Assembly: GCA_043810345.1 (NCBI GenBank)
Contig: JBDROF010000006.1
Location: forward strand, 6,603-70,602
Length of the DNA: 64,000 nt
Source of the DNA: Bacteroidota bacterium
Lineage (GTDB): Bacteria; Bacteroidota; Bacteroidia; Bacteroidales; FEN-979
Direction of reading: 5' to 3'
In this document: piece by piece, positions 9,484 through 17,428 of the stretch
Numbering within the stretch: the stretch's first letter is position 1
Layout of the letters: every line of letters begins with the position of its first letter
The notes under the pieces: model-generated
The model's database searches: none
The model's input: the letters and a program-made list of their open reading frames with translations, nothing else
Told to the model about the DNA's origin: nothing
Translations under genes and position numbers: made by a program

Positions 9484-11013
9484 CTATTGTTTCAACGTGA
9501 AGCAGAAGGTGCTCCCCTTCCCTAACTCAGAATCAACCCAGATAGTTCCTCCGTGGCGTTCCACGATCCGCTTGCAGATGGCCAGGCCGATGCCTGTTCC
9601 GGGGTACTGCTCTTTTTTATGCAATCGCTGAAAGATCGTGAATATCCGGTCAGCGTAGATCTCATTGATCCCGATGCCGTTATCCTGGATGGAAACAGTG
9701 ACCCTCTTCCCCTCCGTTTTTGCTGCGATTGATATCCTGGGCGGGGCATCTGCCGTAAATTTGATCGCGTTTTCAATCAGGTTCTGGAATAACCGGATCA
9801 ACTGGTTCTCATCTCCTTCTACAATCGTCAGGTGATCGTAGACAATGAGGGCTCCGGTTTCATTGATTGTCTGCTCCAGGTTGACAAGGGCCTTTCCCAG
9901 CACATCTGATAATCCTAGGTTTTGGAACGGTTTCCCGCGCGTTGTCACCCGGGAATAGTCGAGCAGATCATTGATCAGCTGTTGCATGCGGTTGGCTCCG
10001 TCAACAGTAAAGTTTATAAAATCGCGGGCATCGTCATCCAGTTGTTCTTTATACCGTCTTTCCAGTAGCTGGGTGTAACTCGAAACCATTCTCAGCGGCT
10101 CCTGCAGGTCGTGGGAAGCTACGTAGGCGAACTGTTCCAGCTCTTTGTTGGAGCGTTCCAGTTCCACTACTTTTTCCGCCAGGGAATTCTCCGCCACGGT
10201 TCGGCGTTTCTCTTCCATATCCCGTTCCACCCGGGCTGAAAGGATCGGAGCAATAGATGCAGCCAGCGCTTCCAGCAGTTGGACATCCTTTATGGTATAA
10301 TCTGTCTCCTTATTCGCAACCTGGAGTAGCCCTACTACCCTGGTTTGGTGGATAACCGGTACATTTACGTGCCGTGTGATCCCGATATGACCTGCCGGGG
10401 TGTTGGTGGATGGTTCATTCGTGAAATTCGATTGCTTCTCCCGGATGGCCGTGGGCCAGGTACTCTCTCCCCAGGTCTCTTTCGGAAATACAATGTCCTT
10501 GTCAGGAATATTGCACTCCTCCCAGATATGCCGGGTCATGGATGGAACGATTAAATCTCCACGCTGGTCAATGTATCCGAAAACCCCATACGGGCTCTCC
10601 ATGGCATCCAGGATGATCTTCAGCACATCATGGAACATCTCATCATCAGAGACGATAAGGAATTTTCTGACAATCTGGTTTCTGAAAACCAGCTCCTCGG
10701 CGAACTGTTTTCGCTCGGAAATATTTACCATATCGGCAATAAAAAACAGGGGATCGCCGGCAGCATCCCTGACCAACACGATATTCAGATTAATCCAGAG
10801 GGGGGGGGCGGTTTTATGAACGAACTTGCAATCAAAAAAGACAGAATGGCTTTCGTTTTTCATCAATTTTTCAGTCATTTTAAAGCTTAGATCCAGAAAC
10901 TCCGGATGGGTAATATCCATCCATGTTTTTGTCAGCAGCTCCGACTCATCGTACCCAAGTGTCTGACATATAGCCTGGTTCACTTTGATAAAGTCCCCCT
11001 CAATATTTGTCAT
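9484..11013 (-). CDS. PAS-GAF sensor histidine kinase (phytochrome-type HisKA); 3' part of a frameshifted gene
   Basis: H-box FAYVASHDLQEPLRMV, plus NLIENAIKF, DNGIGI and GTGIGLAICK. The PAS domain is cut at the N-terminus. Confidence 0.85.
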   Translation of the reverse strand: MTNIEGDFIKVNQAICQTLGYDESELLTKTWMDITHPEFLDLSFKMTEKLMKNESHSVFFDCKFVHKTAPPLWINLNIVLVRDAAGDPLFFIADMVNISERKQFAEELVFRNQIVRKFLIVSDDEMFHDVLKIILDAMESPYGVFGYIDQRGDLIVPSMTRHIWEECNIPDKDIVFPKETWGESTWPTAIREKQSNFTNEPSTNTPAGHIGITRHVNVPVIHQTRVVGLLQVANKETDYTIKDVQLLEALAASIAPILSARVERDMEEKRRTVAENSLAEKVVELERSNKELEQFAYVASHDLQEPLRMVSSYTQLLERRYKEQLDDDARDFINFTVDGANRMQQLINDLLDYSRVTTRGKPFQNLGLSDVLGKALVNLEQTINETGALIVYDHLTIVEGDENQLIRLFQNLIENAIKFTADAPPRISIAAKTEGKRVTVSIQDNGIGINEIYADRIFTIFQRLHKKEQYPGTGIGLAICKRIVERHGGTIWVDSELGKGSTFCFTLKQ

Positions 11014-11069
11014 AGCCTTTCCAATGACGGCATTGTCGAAGGCCAGCCTGAACTTCTCTTCGCTTGTTT

Positions 11070-12059
11070 TTAACGCCTCTGTCCGTCTTCTACTTTGAGC
11101 TCTAATTCCTGATGGGCATCACGAAGCGCTTCTTCGGCTTTTTTCCTTTCAGAGATATCTGTATGAACGGAAACAAGTACCTTCCCATATTCATGATGAT
11201 CGAATATGGAAACATTTGCGTAACACCAAAACGAAATACCATCTTTCTTAACATTCTTCACCTCTCCATGCCATTCCCCTGTTTTAATGAGGACTTCCAT
11301 AATTTCCTTTGCTGTCTCTTCCGGGTCTTTTGCATCGGGTGAGTTTACGATTGAAACGTGCTTCCCAACCATTTCCCCGGAAGCATACCCGAACATCTCT
11401 TCAAATTTTGGATTGGTATAAACAATGATGCCATCACTCATACGGATCAGATAGATCCCTTCTGACAAATTCGTGGCGATTTCGCTTTGAAGACGCAACG
11501 CTTCAGCTACCCTGGTACGTTCGTTTTCTTTAACGTCCCGTTGCAATCGTGCATCAAGAATAGGAGCAATATGATTGACTAACTTTTCCAATAAATCCTG
11601 GCTATTTTTGTCATAACCAGGCTCACTGTTGGCCACCTGCACAATCCCAATTACGTTTTCCATATACATAACAGGTACCACCAGCACATTGTTGATAGGA
11701 AGATGACCTTCGGGAACATTCAAGGGATCATTTGTGAAGAGACTTTTTTTCTCCGTCAAGGCTCTGCCCCAAATTCCACCCCAACTGGTGCGAGGGAATA
11801 AAATGGCCTTCTCAGGTACCTGACAATTCTCCCATATCTCTCTTGTCATCGATGGAATTACCAGGTTTCCCTGTTCATCAATGTATCCGAATAACCCGTG
11901 TTTACTTTCCATAACTTCCAGGAGGATTTCCAACACCTCTGCATACATTTCATCGCCGGGAATCGTAAGAAAAACCTGGTTAATTTCATTTTTATGGGAC
12001 AACTCCACGTGCGATTGATTACGTGTTTGTTCCATTTGCAGATTTCGTCTGTTTTTCAT
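11070..12059 (-). CDS. GAF-PAS sensor fragment; 5' part of the same frameshifted kinase
   Basis: GAF and PAS modules paralogous to the downstream gene. The start is taken at MKNRRNL (cat at 12057-12059), just after the upstream receiver gene stop. Confidence 0.7.
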   Translation of the reverse strand: MKNRRNLQMEQTRNQSHVELSHKNEINQVFLTIPGDEMYAEVLEILLEVMESKHGLFGYIDEQGNLVIPSMTREIWENCQVPEKAILFPRTSWGGIWGRALTEKKSLFTNDPLNVPEGHLPINNVLVVPVMYMENVIGIVQVANSEPGYDKNSQDLLEKLVNHIAPILDARLQRDVKENERTRVAEALRLQSEIATNLSEGIYLIRMSDGIIVYTNPKFEEMFGYASGEMVGKHVSIVNSPDAKDPEETAKEIMEVLIKTGEWHGEVKNVKKDGISFWCYANVSIFDHHEYGKVLVSVHTDISERKKAEEALRDAHQELELKVEDGQRR

Positions 12060-12072
12060 AATCACACCGTTG

Positions 12073-12462
12073 TTACTTGTGTTCGTAAATCTTTCGCAGG
12101 ATCTCCCTGATCGATGCAAACTCACTTGTTTTATCCACAAAATAATCTGCTCCCAGCTCCATGCATTTCTTCCGGTACTGGGGATAGGGAAAATTGGTGA
12201 GGATGATGATCTTCACGATGGTGTTTTTCTTCCGGATCTTCTCCAGGATCCTGATCCCGTTTTCACCGGGGAGGTGGATATCGAGAATGATCACATCAGG
12301 GTAAACTTCGCTGCAGGAGGCATAGGCCTCTTCTGCATTGCCTGTAAGTCCGGCAATTTCTATATCATCAAGTTCATGGAGCATCGTGATCAGCCGCTGT
12401 CTGATCAAATCTGAATCGTCGACAATGAGTACCTTCATTTTTACAAGTTTTATTGTGTGCAA
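12073..12462 (-). CDS. single-domain response regulator
   Basis: 129 aa with VLIVDDSDLIRQRL...VIILDIHLPGENG. Receiver domain only. Confidence 0.85.
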   Translation of the reverse strand: MHTIKLVKMKVLIVDDSDLIRQRLITMLHELDDIEIAGLTGNAEEAYASCSEVYPDVIILDIHLPGENGIRILEKIRKKNTIVKIIILTNFPYPQYRKKCMELGADYFVDKTSEFASIREILRKIYEHK

Positions 12463-12562
12463 GGTACGGTGGTGAAGGGGGGTAATGCTATAGGGGAACT
12501 ACTGAAAATCGTGTAGGGAATTGCCTACGAGGGACGGTAGGGGTAAAAAGAAATATTGTCGC

Positions 12563-13015
12563 TCAGGTATTTTTAGCTTCCAGATTATCCAGATCCGCCA
12601 AATCCTGCAACCTGCCGGTTGCTTTTTTATTTTTTTTCAGGTTTTCCAGATCGATGAAATTAATTATGAGCCCATCCACTTCAACTACCAACCGGCTTTG
12701 ATAACATGTTGTAAAATCAACTCCATCACATGACAGAACAAGATCAATTCTATTCGGAGGGTAGCCAATTTGAATAAATTCATCAGTTTTTAAAAAATCC
12801 TCCTTTTTTAATCCTATCCCGTCCATACCGAATGCTGAAAGCGCTTTCATTATCTGGTCAGCATTTTCATCGGAAGAAAGCAACCATACGTCCAAATCCT
12901 TAGTATATCTAGGATAGCCATGCAATCCAACGGCATAACCACCTACAATCAGGTACTGGACATCATTTGTATTTAAGGATCCGATAAACTCTCTGAAATC
13001 TTTGTTCAGCACCAT
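12563..13015 (-). CDS. nucleotidyltransferase-fold protein (MNT/AbiEii-like), function unknown
   Basis: 150 aa with YLIVGGYAVGLHGYPRYTKDLDVWL, which resembles the GG/S...DxD minimal nucleotidyltransferase core. Visibly AT-richer locus. Confidence 0.5.
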   Translation of the reverse strand: MVLNKDFREFIGSLNTNDVQYLIVGGYAVGLHGYPRYTKDLDVWLLSSDENADQIMKALSAFGMDGIGLKKEDFLKTDEFIQIGYPPNRIDLVLSCDGVDFTTCYQSRLVVEVDGLIINFIDLENLKKNKKATGRLQDLADLDNLEAKNT

Positions 13016-13492
13016 ATTTCCATAAATTATATTCTTGTCTTATCTCTTCCAAAACGATAAGTCTACTCACCAATGGCTGTGACTGCCAAAATAAAAAATC
13101 ATTTCCTTGTTCAGAGATTTTACCTCTATGAACTACCGTTTTATCAATCATAGCTTCAGTCTGGGATTAATTTGTATGTCAACGTTACCACATCCATCAT
13201 GATGTTTTTCCTTCCGCTAAAGTAACATTTTTTTCAATACTTTTCAAGGTTCCACTTGCTAAAACCTTACAGACATCGTTCTTTTCCAGACATACCCCAA
13301 CTTATTCAACTCGATTTTTCTATTGATCGGGTGTACCAGTAAAAGGTAATACGTCAAGCTCAATTTTTTTTTACCGCAGAGGCAGCAGAGGAAACACAGA
13401 GGTCCTTCGTCCCACGTCATTTTGTCAGCCTGCCCTGCTTGGCACCCTCTTTGTCAATCCCACGGCAACGAATAACCAAAAACTGAACAACT

Positions 13493-15463
13493 ATGCAAAC
13501 AGGAAAGATCAACGTCCAAACGGAGAATATTTTCCCTATCATCAAGAAATTCCTCTACTCGGAACATGAGATCTTCCTCCGGGAGCTGATCTCCAATGCG
13601 GTGGATGCCACTCAGAAACTAAAGACCCTGGCCTCCCTAGGAAAATACAAGGGGAAGCTCGGTGATCTGACCATCCAGGTGAAGGTCAACAAGAAGAAGA
13701 AAACCCTTTCGGTCACCGACCGGGGAATTGGGATGACAGCCGACGAGCTGAATAAGTACATCAACCAGATCGCTTTTTCCAGCGCCGAAGAGTTTGTCAG
13801 CCAGTTCAAGACCAAGTCGGAAGCCGAGATGAATGCCATCATCGGTCATTTCGGACTGGGCTTTTATAGCTCTTTCATGGTCTCCGATAAGGTGGAGATC
13901 AATACCAGAACATACCGGAGCGGAGAGGGTACCGAAGCGGTCATGTGGGAGTGCGATGGGAGTCCGGAATACAAGATGGACACATCAAAGAAGAAAGAGA
14001 GGGGCACCGAGGTGGTCCTTCATATGGCCGACGACTCCCTGGAGTACCTGGAAGATCACCGGGTGCTTGAGATCCTGAAGAAATATTGCCGCTTCCTGCC
14101 GGTACCGATCCAGTTTGGAACGGAGAAGGTGTATGAACCTGTGAAGGACGAAGGACGAGGGACGAAGGACGAAGGACGAGGGACGAAGGACGAAGAGGTC
14201 ATTGCGAGCGAAGCGAAGCAAACCGATGGAAAAGAGCCCAAGACGAAAGAGGTAGAAAAACCCAGGATCATCAATGATACCAATCCGCTCTGGAAGCAGA
14301 AGCCGTCGGAACTTAAGGACGAAGATTATAAGAACTTTTACCGCAAACTCTATCCCTACAGCTTTGAGGAGCCGCTTTTCCATATCCACCTCAACGTGGA
14401 TTTTCCCTTCAACCTCACCGGGATCCTCTATTTTCCCAAGGTAAAGCGGACACTGGAGATCCAGAAAGACAAAATCCAGCTCTATTGCAACCAGGTGTTT
14501 GTGACCGACTCGGTGGAGGGAATTGTTCCCGACTTCCTGACGTTGTTACATGGCGTTCTCGACTCACCGGACATCCCGCTGAATGTATCCCGCAGCTTCC
14601 TGCAGAGTGATCCCAATGTGAAAAAGATCTCCAACCATATCATGAAGAAGGTGGCCGACAAGCTGGAAGAGCTATTCAAGGAGGACCGGAAGAACTTTGA
14701 AAAGAAATGGGACGACATCAAGGTCTTCATCGAATATGGCATCATCTCCGAAGCCAACTTCTACGACCGGGCAAAAAAGTTTTGCCTGCTGAAGAATACC
14801 GAAGGGAAATACTTCACCTTCGAAGAATATGAAAAGCACATTGCTCCTGCCCAGAAGGACAAACAGGGAACCCTGATCTACCTTTACTCCACCAATCCGG
14901 AAGAGCAGTACAGCTACATCCAGGCGGTCAAAGAACGCGGCTACGATGTGTTGTTGCTCGACGGCGTGATCGATTCCCATTTCATCAACACCCTGGAACA
15001 GAAGTTTGAAAAATCGCACTTTACCCGGGTGGATGCCGATACCATTGAGAAGCTGATCAAAAAGGAGGATGCCCAGCCATCCAAACTCAACGAGGATCAG
15101 CAAAAATCGCTGAAAGAGCTGATGGAGAAACAGATCGATTCAAAGAAATACACCATCACCTTTGAAAGCCTGAGTGAAAAGGAGGCCCCGTTCATGCTCA
15201 CCCAGCCGGAATTCATGCGCCGGATGAAAGATATGTCGGCCCTGGGTGGGGGGATGGGGTACATGGGCGAACTCCCCGATCACTTTAACCTCGCGGTCAA
15301 CTCCAACAACCCGGTCATCGGCAAACTGCTGCTGGAACCGGACGGAGGCAAACAGGCAGCCACCATCAAACAGCTCTTCGACCTCGCCCTCCTGGCCCAG
15401 GGTCTGCTGAAAGGAAAGGAGTTGGCGGAGTTTATCAAGCGCAGTACGGAGCTGGTGAAATGA
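13493..15463 (+). CDS. htpG: molecular chaperone HtpG (Hsp90), with repeat-derived linker insertion
   Basis: LRELISNAVDA, GIGMT, IGHFGLGFYS and the C-terminal dimerisation region identify it. Residues KDEGRGTKDEGRGTKDEEVIASEAKQ are encoded by a tandem heptamer array. Confidence 0.95.
   Translation: MQTGKINVQTENIFPIIKKFLYSEHEIFLRELISNAVDATQKLKTLASLGKYKGKLGDLTIQVKVNKKKKTLSVTDRGIGMTADELNKYINQIAFSSAEEFVSQFKTKSEAEMNAIIGHFGLGFYSSFMVSDKVEINTRTYRSGEGTEAVMWECDGSPEYKMDTSKKKERGTEVVLHMADDSLEYLEDHRVLEILKKYCRFLPVPIQFGTEKVYEPVKDEGRGTKDEGRGTKDEEVIASEAKQTDGKEPKTKEVEKPRIINDTNPLWKQKPSELKDEDYKNFYRKLYPYSFEEPLFHIHLNVDFPFNLTGILYFPKVKRTLEIQKDKIQLYCNQVFVTDSVEGIVPDFLTLLHGVLDSPDIPLNVSRSFLQSDPNVKKISNHIMKKVADKLEELFKEDRKNFEKKWDDIKVFIEYGIISEANFYDRAKKFCLLKNTEGKYFTFEEYEKHIAPAQKDKQGTLIYLYSTNPEEQYSYIQAVKERGYDVLLLDGVIDSHFINTLEQKFEKSHFTRVDADTIEKLIKKEDAQPSKLNEDQQKSLKELMEKQIDSKKYTITFESLSEKEAPFMLTQPEFMRRMKDMSALGGGMGYMGELPDHFNLAVNSNNPVIGKLLLEPDGGKQAATIKQLFDLALLAQGLLKGKELAEFIKRSTELVK
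14144..14224. repeat. (GAAGGAC/GAGGGAC)x8 heptamer array plus GTCATTGCGAGCGAAGCGAAGCAA module, inside htpG
   Basis: Read directly. Both are in frame and encode KDEGRGTKDEGRGTKDEEVIASEAKQ. Confidence 0.9.
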
Positions 15464-15547
15464 CGTAAGACGTAAGACGTGAGACGTGAGACGTGAGACG
15501 TGAGACGTGAGACGTGAGACGTGAGACGTGAGACGTGAGACGTGAGA
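15464..15547. repeat. (CGT[A/G]AGA)x12 heptamer array
   Basis: Read directly. It starts at the base after the htpG TGA and ends 2 nt before the stop of the four-helix-bundle gene. Confidence 0.95.
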
Positions 15548-15549
15548 TG

Positions 15550-15939
15550 TTAGACGGACCGGGTTCTACAGAAGAGTTCAGCCCGCTGTTCCATAGTTAT
15601 TAACTGAGCCATGATGTGATCATATTTCTCTCTTAATTGATTATACTCTTCGTCTTTGCAGTATTCGCATGAGAATATAAACTCCAGCCAGGTTTGTGTT
15701 TCAGCAGCTTCCGTTTGGCAATCGGTTACCTTATTAATAAACATCGCGATGTACCTTCGTTTGTGCCAGCTTTCGGCCAGGTTGCTGCAAACAGACCGAG
15801 ATGCTCGTCGTACCTGATCAGTTAAAGAGTATCGTTCCTCCTTTGGAAACTTCTTCGATAATTCAAAGATCTCCATGGCGGCCTGAAATGCAAGTTTATA
15901 TACATTCAGCTCCCGCACATTTTTTGCATGAGTTTTCAT
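15550..15939 (-). CDS. four-helix-bundle protein (23S rRNA intervening-sequence protein family)
   Basis: 129 aa with YKLAFQAAMEIFELSKKFPKEERYSLTDQVRRASRSVCSNLAE...ETQTWL, typical of the TIGR02436-type family as I recall it. Confidence 0.8.
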   Translation of the reverse strand: MKTHAKNVRELNVYKLAFQAAMEIFELSKKFPKEERYSLTDQVRRASRSVCSNLAESWHKRRYIAMFINKVTDCQTEAAETQTWLEFIFSCEYCKDEEYNQLREKYDHIMAQLITMEQRAELFCRTRSV

Positions 15940-16012
15940 TTTTCTGTTTTAAGTTGTTGCCTCCATTAATCCGAAAAAAGTAAAAAGGTTATACATCCTG
16001 AAAAAAAAAGTT

Positions 16013-16042
16013 CGTCTCACGTCTTACGTCTCACGTCTCACG
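16013..16042. repeat. (CGTCT[C/T]A)x4 heptamer array, inverted relative to 15464-15547
   Basis: Read directly. It is the reverse complement of the GTGAGAC family. Confidence 0.95.
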
Positions 16043-16091
16043 AATTTTATATTTGTTACCATTGTATGTAGCACAAAAAATTGTATCTTTG

Positions 16092-16207
16092 TGTACATCC
16101 AGTCCGCATGCTCGTTTCATAAAATGTAAAGTTTTAGATTATTGCGCTAATTTAATCAATTGTGCTTCGAGTACGTAAGGCGCTTGAGCAAGGGACTGGA
16201 TTTTTAT
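16092..16207 (+). ncRNA. candidate structured small RNA (unidentified class)
   Basis: A TAtcTTTG -7 box (16084-16091) lies immediately upstream. A long-range closing helix pairs ATCCAGTCC (16097-16105) with GGACTGGAT (16193-16201), and GCTCG (16110-16114) with TGAGC (16185-16189). A TTTTT run follows at 16201-16205. lemA has its own TAcaTTTG box at 16238-16245. Confidence 0.25.
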
Positions 16208-16237
16208 TAGTCTGTGTGTCAATAGCAGATTTTCATG

Positions 16238-16245
16238 TACATTTG
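16238..16245 (+). promoter_or_regulatory. Bacteroidota-type -7 promoter box (lemA)
   Basis: TACATTTG, 25 nt before the ATG at 16270. Confidence 0.45.
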
Positions 16246-16269
16246 ATAAAAATTTAAACCACCACGCAT

Positions 16270-16866
16270 ATGAAACTCTCCAAAGGCTGGATCATCCTCA
16301 TTGTGGTGATCGCTATCGTTGTCATCCTGGTGGGCTGGGCTACCGGGATTTATAACAAACTCGTCACACAGGACGAAAATGTCGGGAAAGCCTGGGCCAA
16401 CGTAGAAAACGTTTACCAGCGGCGGGCCGACCTGATCCCCAATCTGGTGGCTACCGTTAAAGGTGTGGCTGATTTTGAAAAGTCGACTCTCACCGACGTG
16501 ATTGAAGCGCGTGCCAAAGCGACTTCGGTGACCATTGACCCGAAAAACCTGAATGCTGCATCCCTGCAACAGTTCCAGGCCGCCCAGGACGGTCTCAGCT
16601 CTGCCCTCTCCCGGTTGATGGTGGTGGTGGAAAGATATCCTGAACTAAAAGCTACGCAGAACTTTATGGAGTTGCAGGCCCAACTCGAGGGAACCGAGAA
16701 CCGGATCGCCGTGGAACGGATGAAATTCAACGAAGCGGCCCAGGAGTATAATACGTATATCCGAAGATTCCCGGCTGCCATCTTTGCCGGCATGTTCGGA
16801 TTTGAGAAAAAGGCTTACTTCGAAGCCCAGGAAGGCTCAGAGGTAGCGCCAAAGGTAGAATTCTAG
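16270..16866 (+). CDS. lemA: LemA family protein
   Basis: N-terminal TM helix, then YNKLV...VENVYQRRADLIPNLV...RYPELKA...ENRIAVERMKFNEA. Confidence 0.9.
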   Translation: MKLSKGWIILIVVIAIVVILVGWATGIYNKLVTQDENVGKAWANVENVYQRRADLIPNLVATVKGVADFEKSTLTDVIEARAKATSVTIDPKNLNAASLQQFQAAQDGLSSALSRLMVVVERYPELKATQNFMELQAQLEGTENRIAVERMKFNEAAQEYNTYIRRFPAAIFAGMFGFEKKAYFEAQEGSEVAPKVEF

Positions 16867-16876
16867 ACTGAATCCA

Positions 16877-16904
16877 CGTCTTACGTCTTACGTCTCACGT
16901 CTTA
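16877..16904. repeat. (CGTCT[T/C]A)x4 heptamer array
   Basis: Read directly, between lemA and the first TPM gene. Confidence 0.95.
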
Positions 16905-16913
16905 CATCAAAAT

Positions 16914-17360
16914 ATGCCGATCCCCGCCAGACATTTTTTTACCGAACAGGAGCAACAGGAGATCACCAGGGCGATCCGGGAGGCCGAACTGAATACTTCA
17001 GGGGAGATTCGTGTACATGTGGAGAACAGCTGCAAGGGAGATGTACTCGACCGTGCCGCTTATATATTCAAACAACTCAGCATGCACCGGACACAGCTGC
17101 GTAACGGAGTGCTGTTTCACCTCTCGGTCCATGATCATAAATTTGCAATTCTGGGCGACGTAGGAATCAATCAACGGGTCCCTCCCACCTTCTGGGACGA
17201 GATCAAGGAGGAGATGGCAGCCCGGTTCCGTGAAGGCAACATGGTCTTCGGACTGGTTGATGGGATCCTGAAAGCAGGCGAACAACTCAAAACACACTTC
17301 CCCTACCAGAAGGATGGTATAAATGAACTATCCGATGAGCTATCATTTGGTGAGAGGTAA
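16914..17360 (+). CDS. TPM domain-containing protein
   Basis: 148 aa with FTEQEQQEITRAIREAELNTSGEIRVHV. Occupies the conserved position after lemA. Confidence 0.8.
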   Translation: MPIPARHFFTEQEQQEITRAIREAELNTSGEIRVHVENSCKGDVLDRAAYIFKQLSMHRTQLRNGVLFHLSVHDHKFAILGDVGINQRVPPTFWDEIKEEMAARFREGNMVFGLVDGILKAGEQLKTHFPYQKDGINELSDELSFGER

Positions 17361-17415
17361 GTTACCCCCCAACCCCCTAAAGGGGGAGTAAGTCCCCATC
17401 AGGGGATTTAGGGGC
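17361..17415. repeat. GC-tract hairpin elements (intergenic copy)
   Basis: CCCCCTAAAGGGGGAG...AAGTCCCCATCAGGGGATTTAGGGGC. The second half closely matches valS 36258-36285. Confidence 0.75.
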
Positions 17416-17428
17416 AAAAACAAACCGT

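Noticed and set aside
15464-15547. Possible CRISPR array. The regular short repeats here also recur at 16013, 16877 and 18211.
   Set aside because: The units are 7 bp and directly abut each other with no spacers. No cas genes are present. These are microsatellite-like tandem repeats, not CRISPR.
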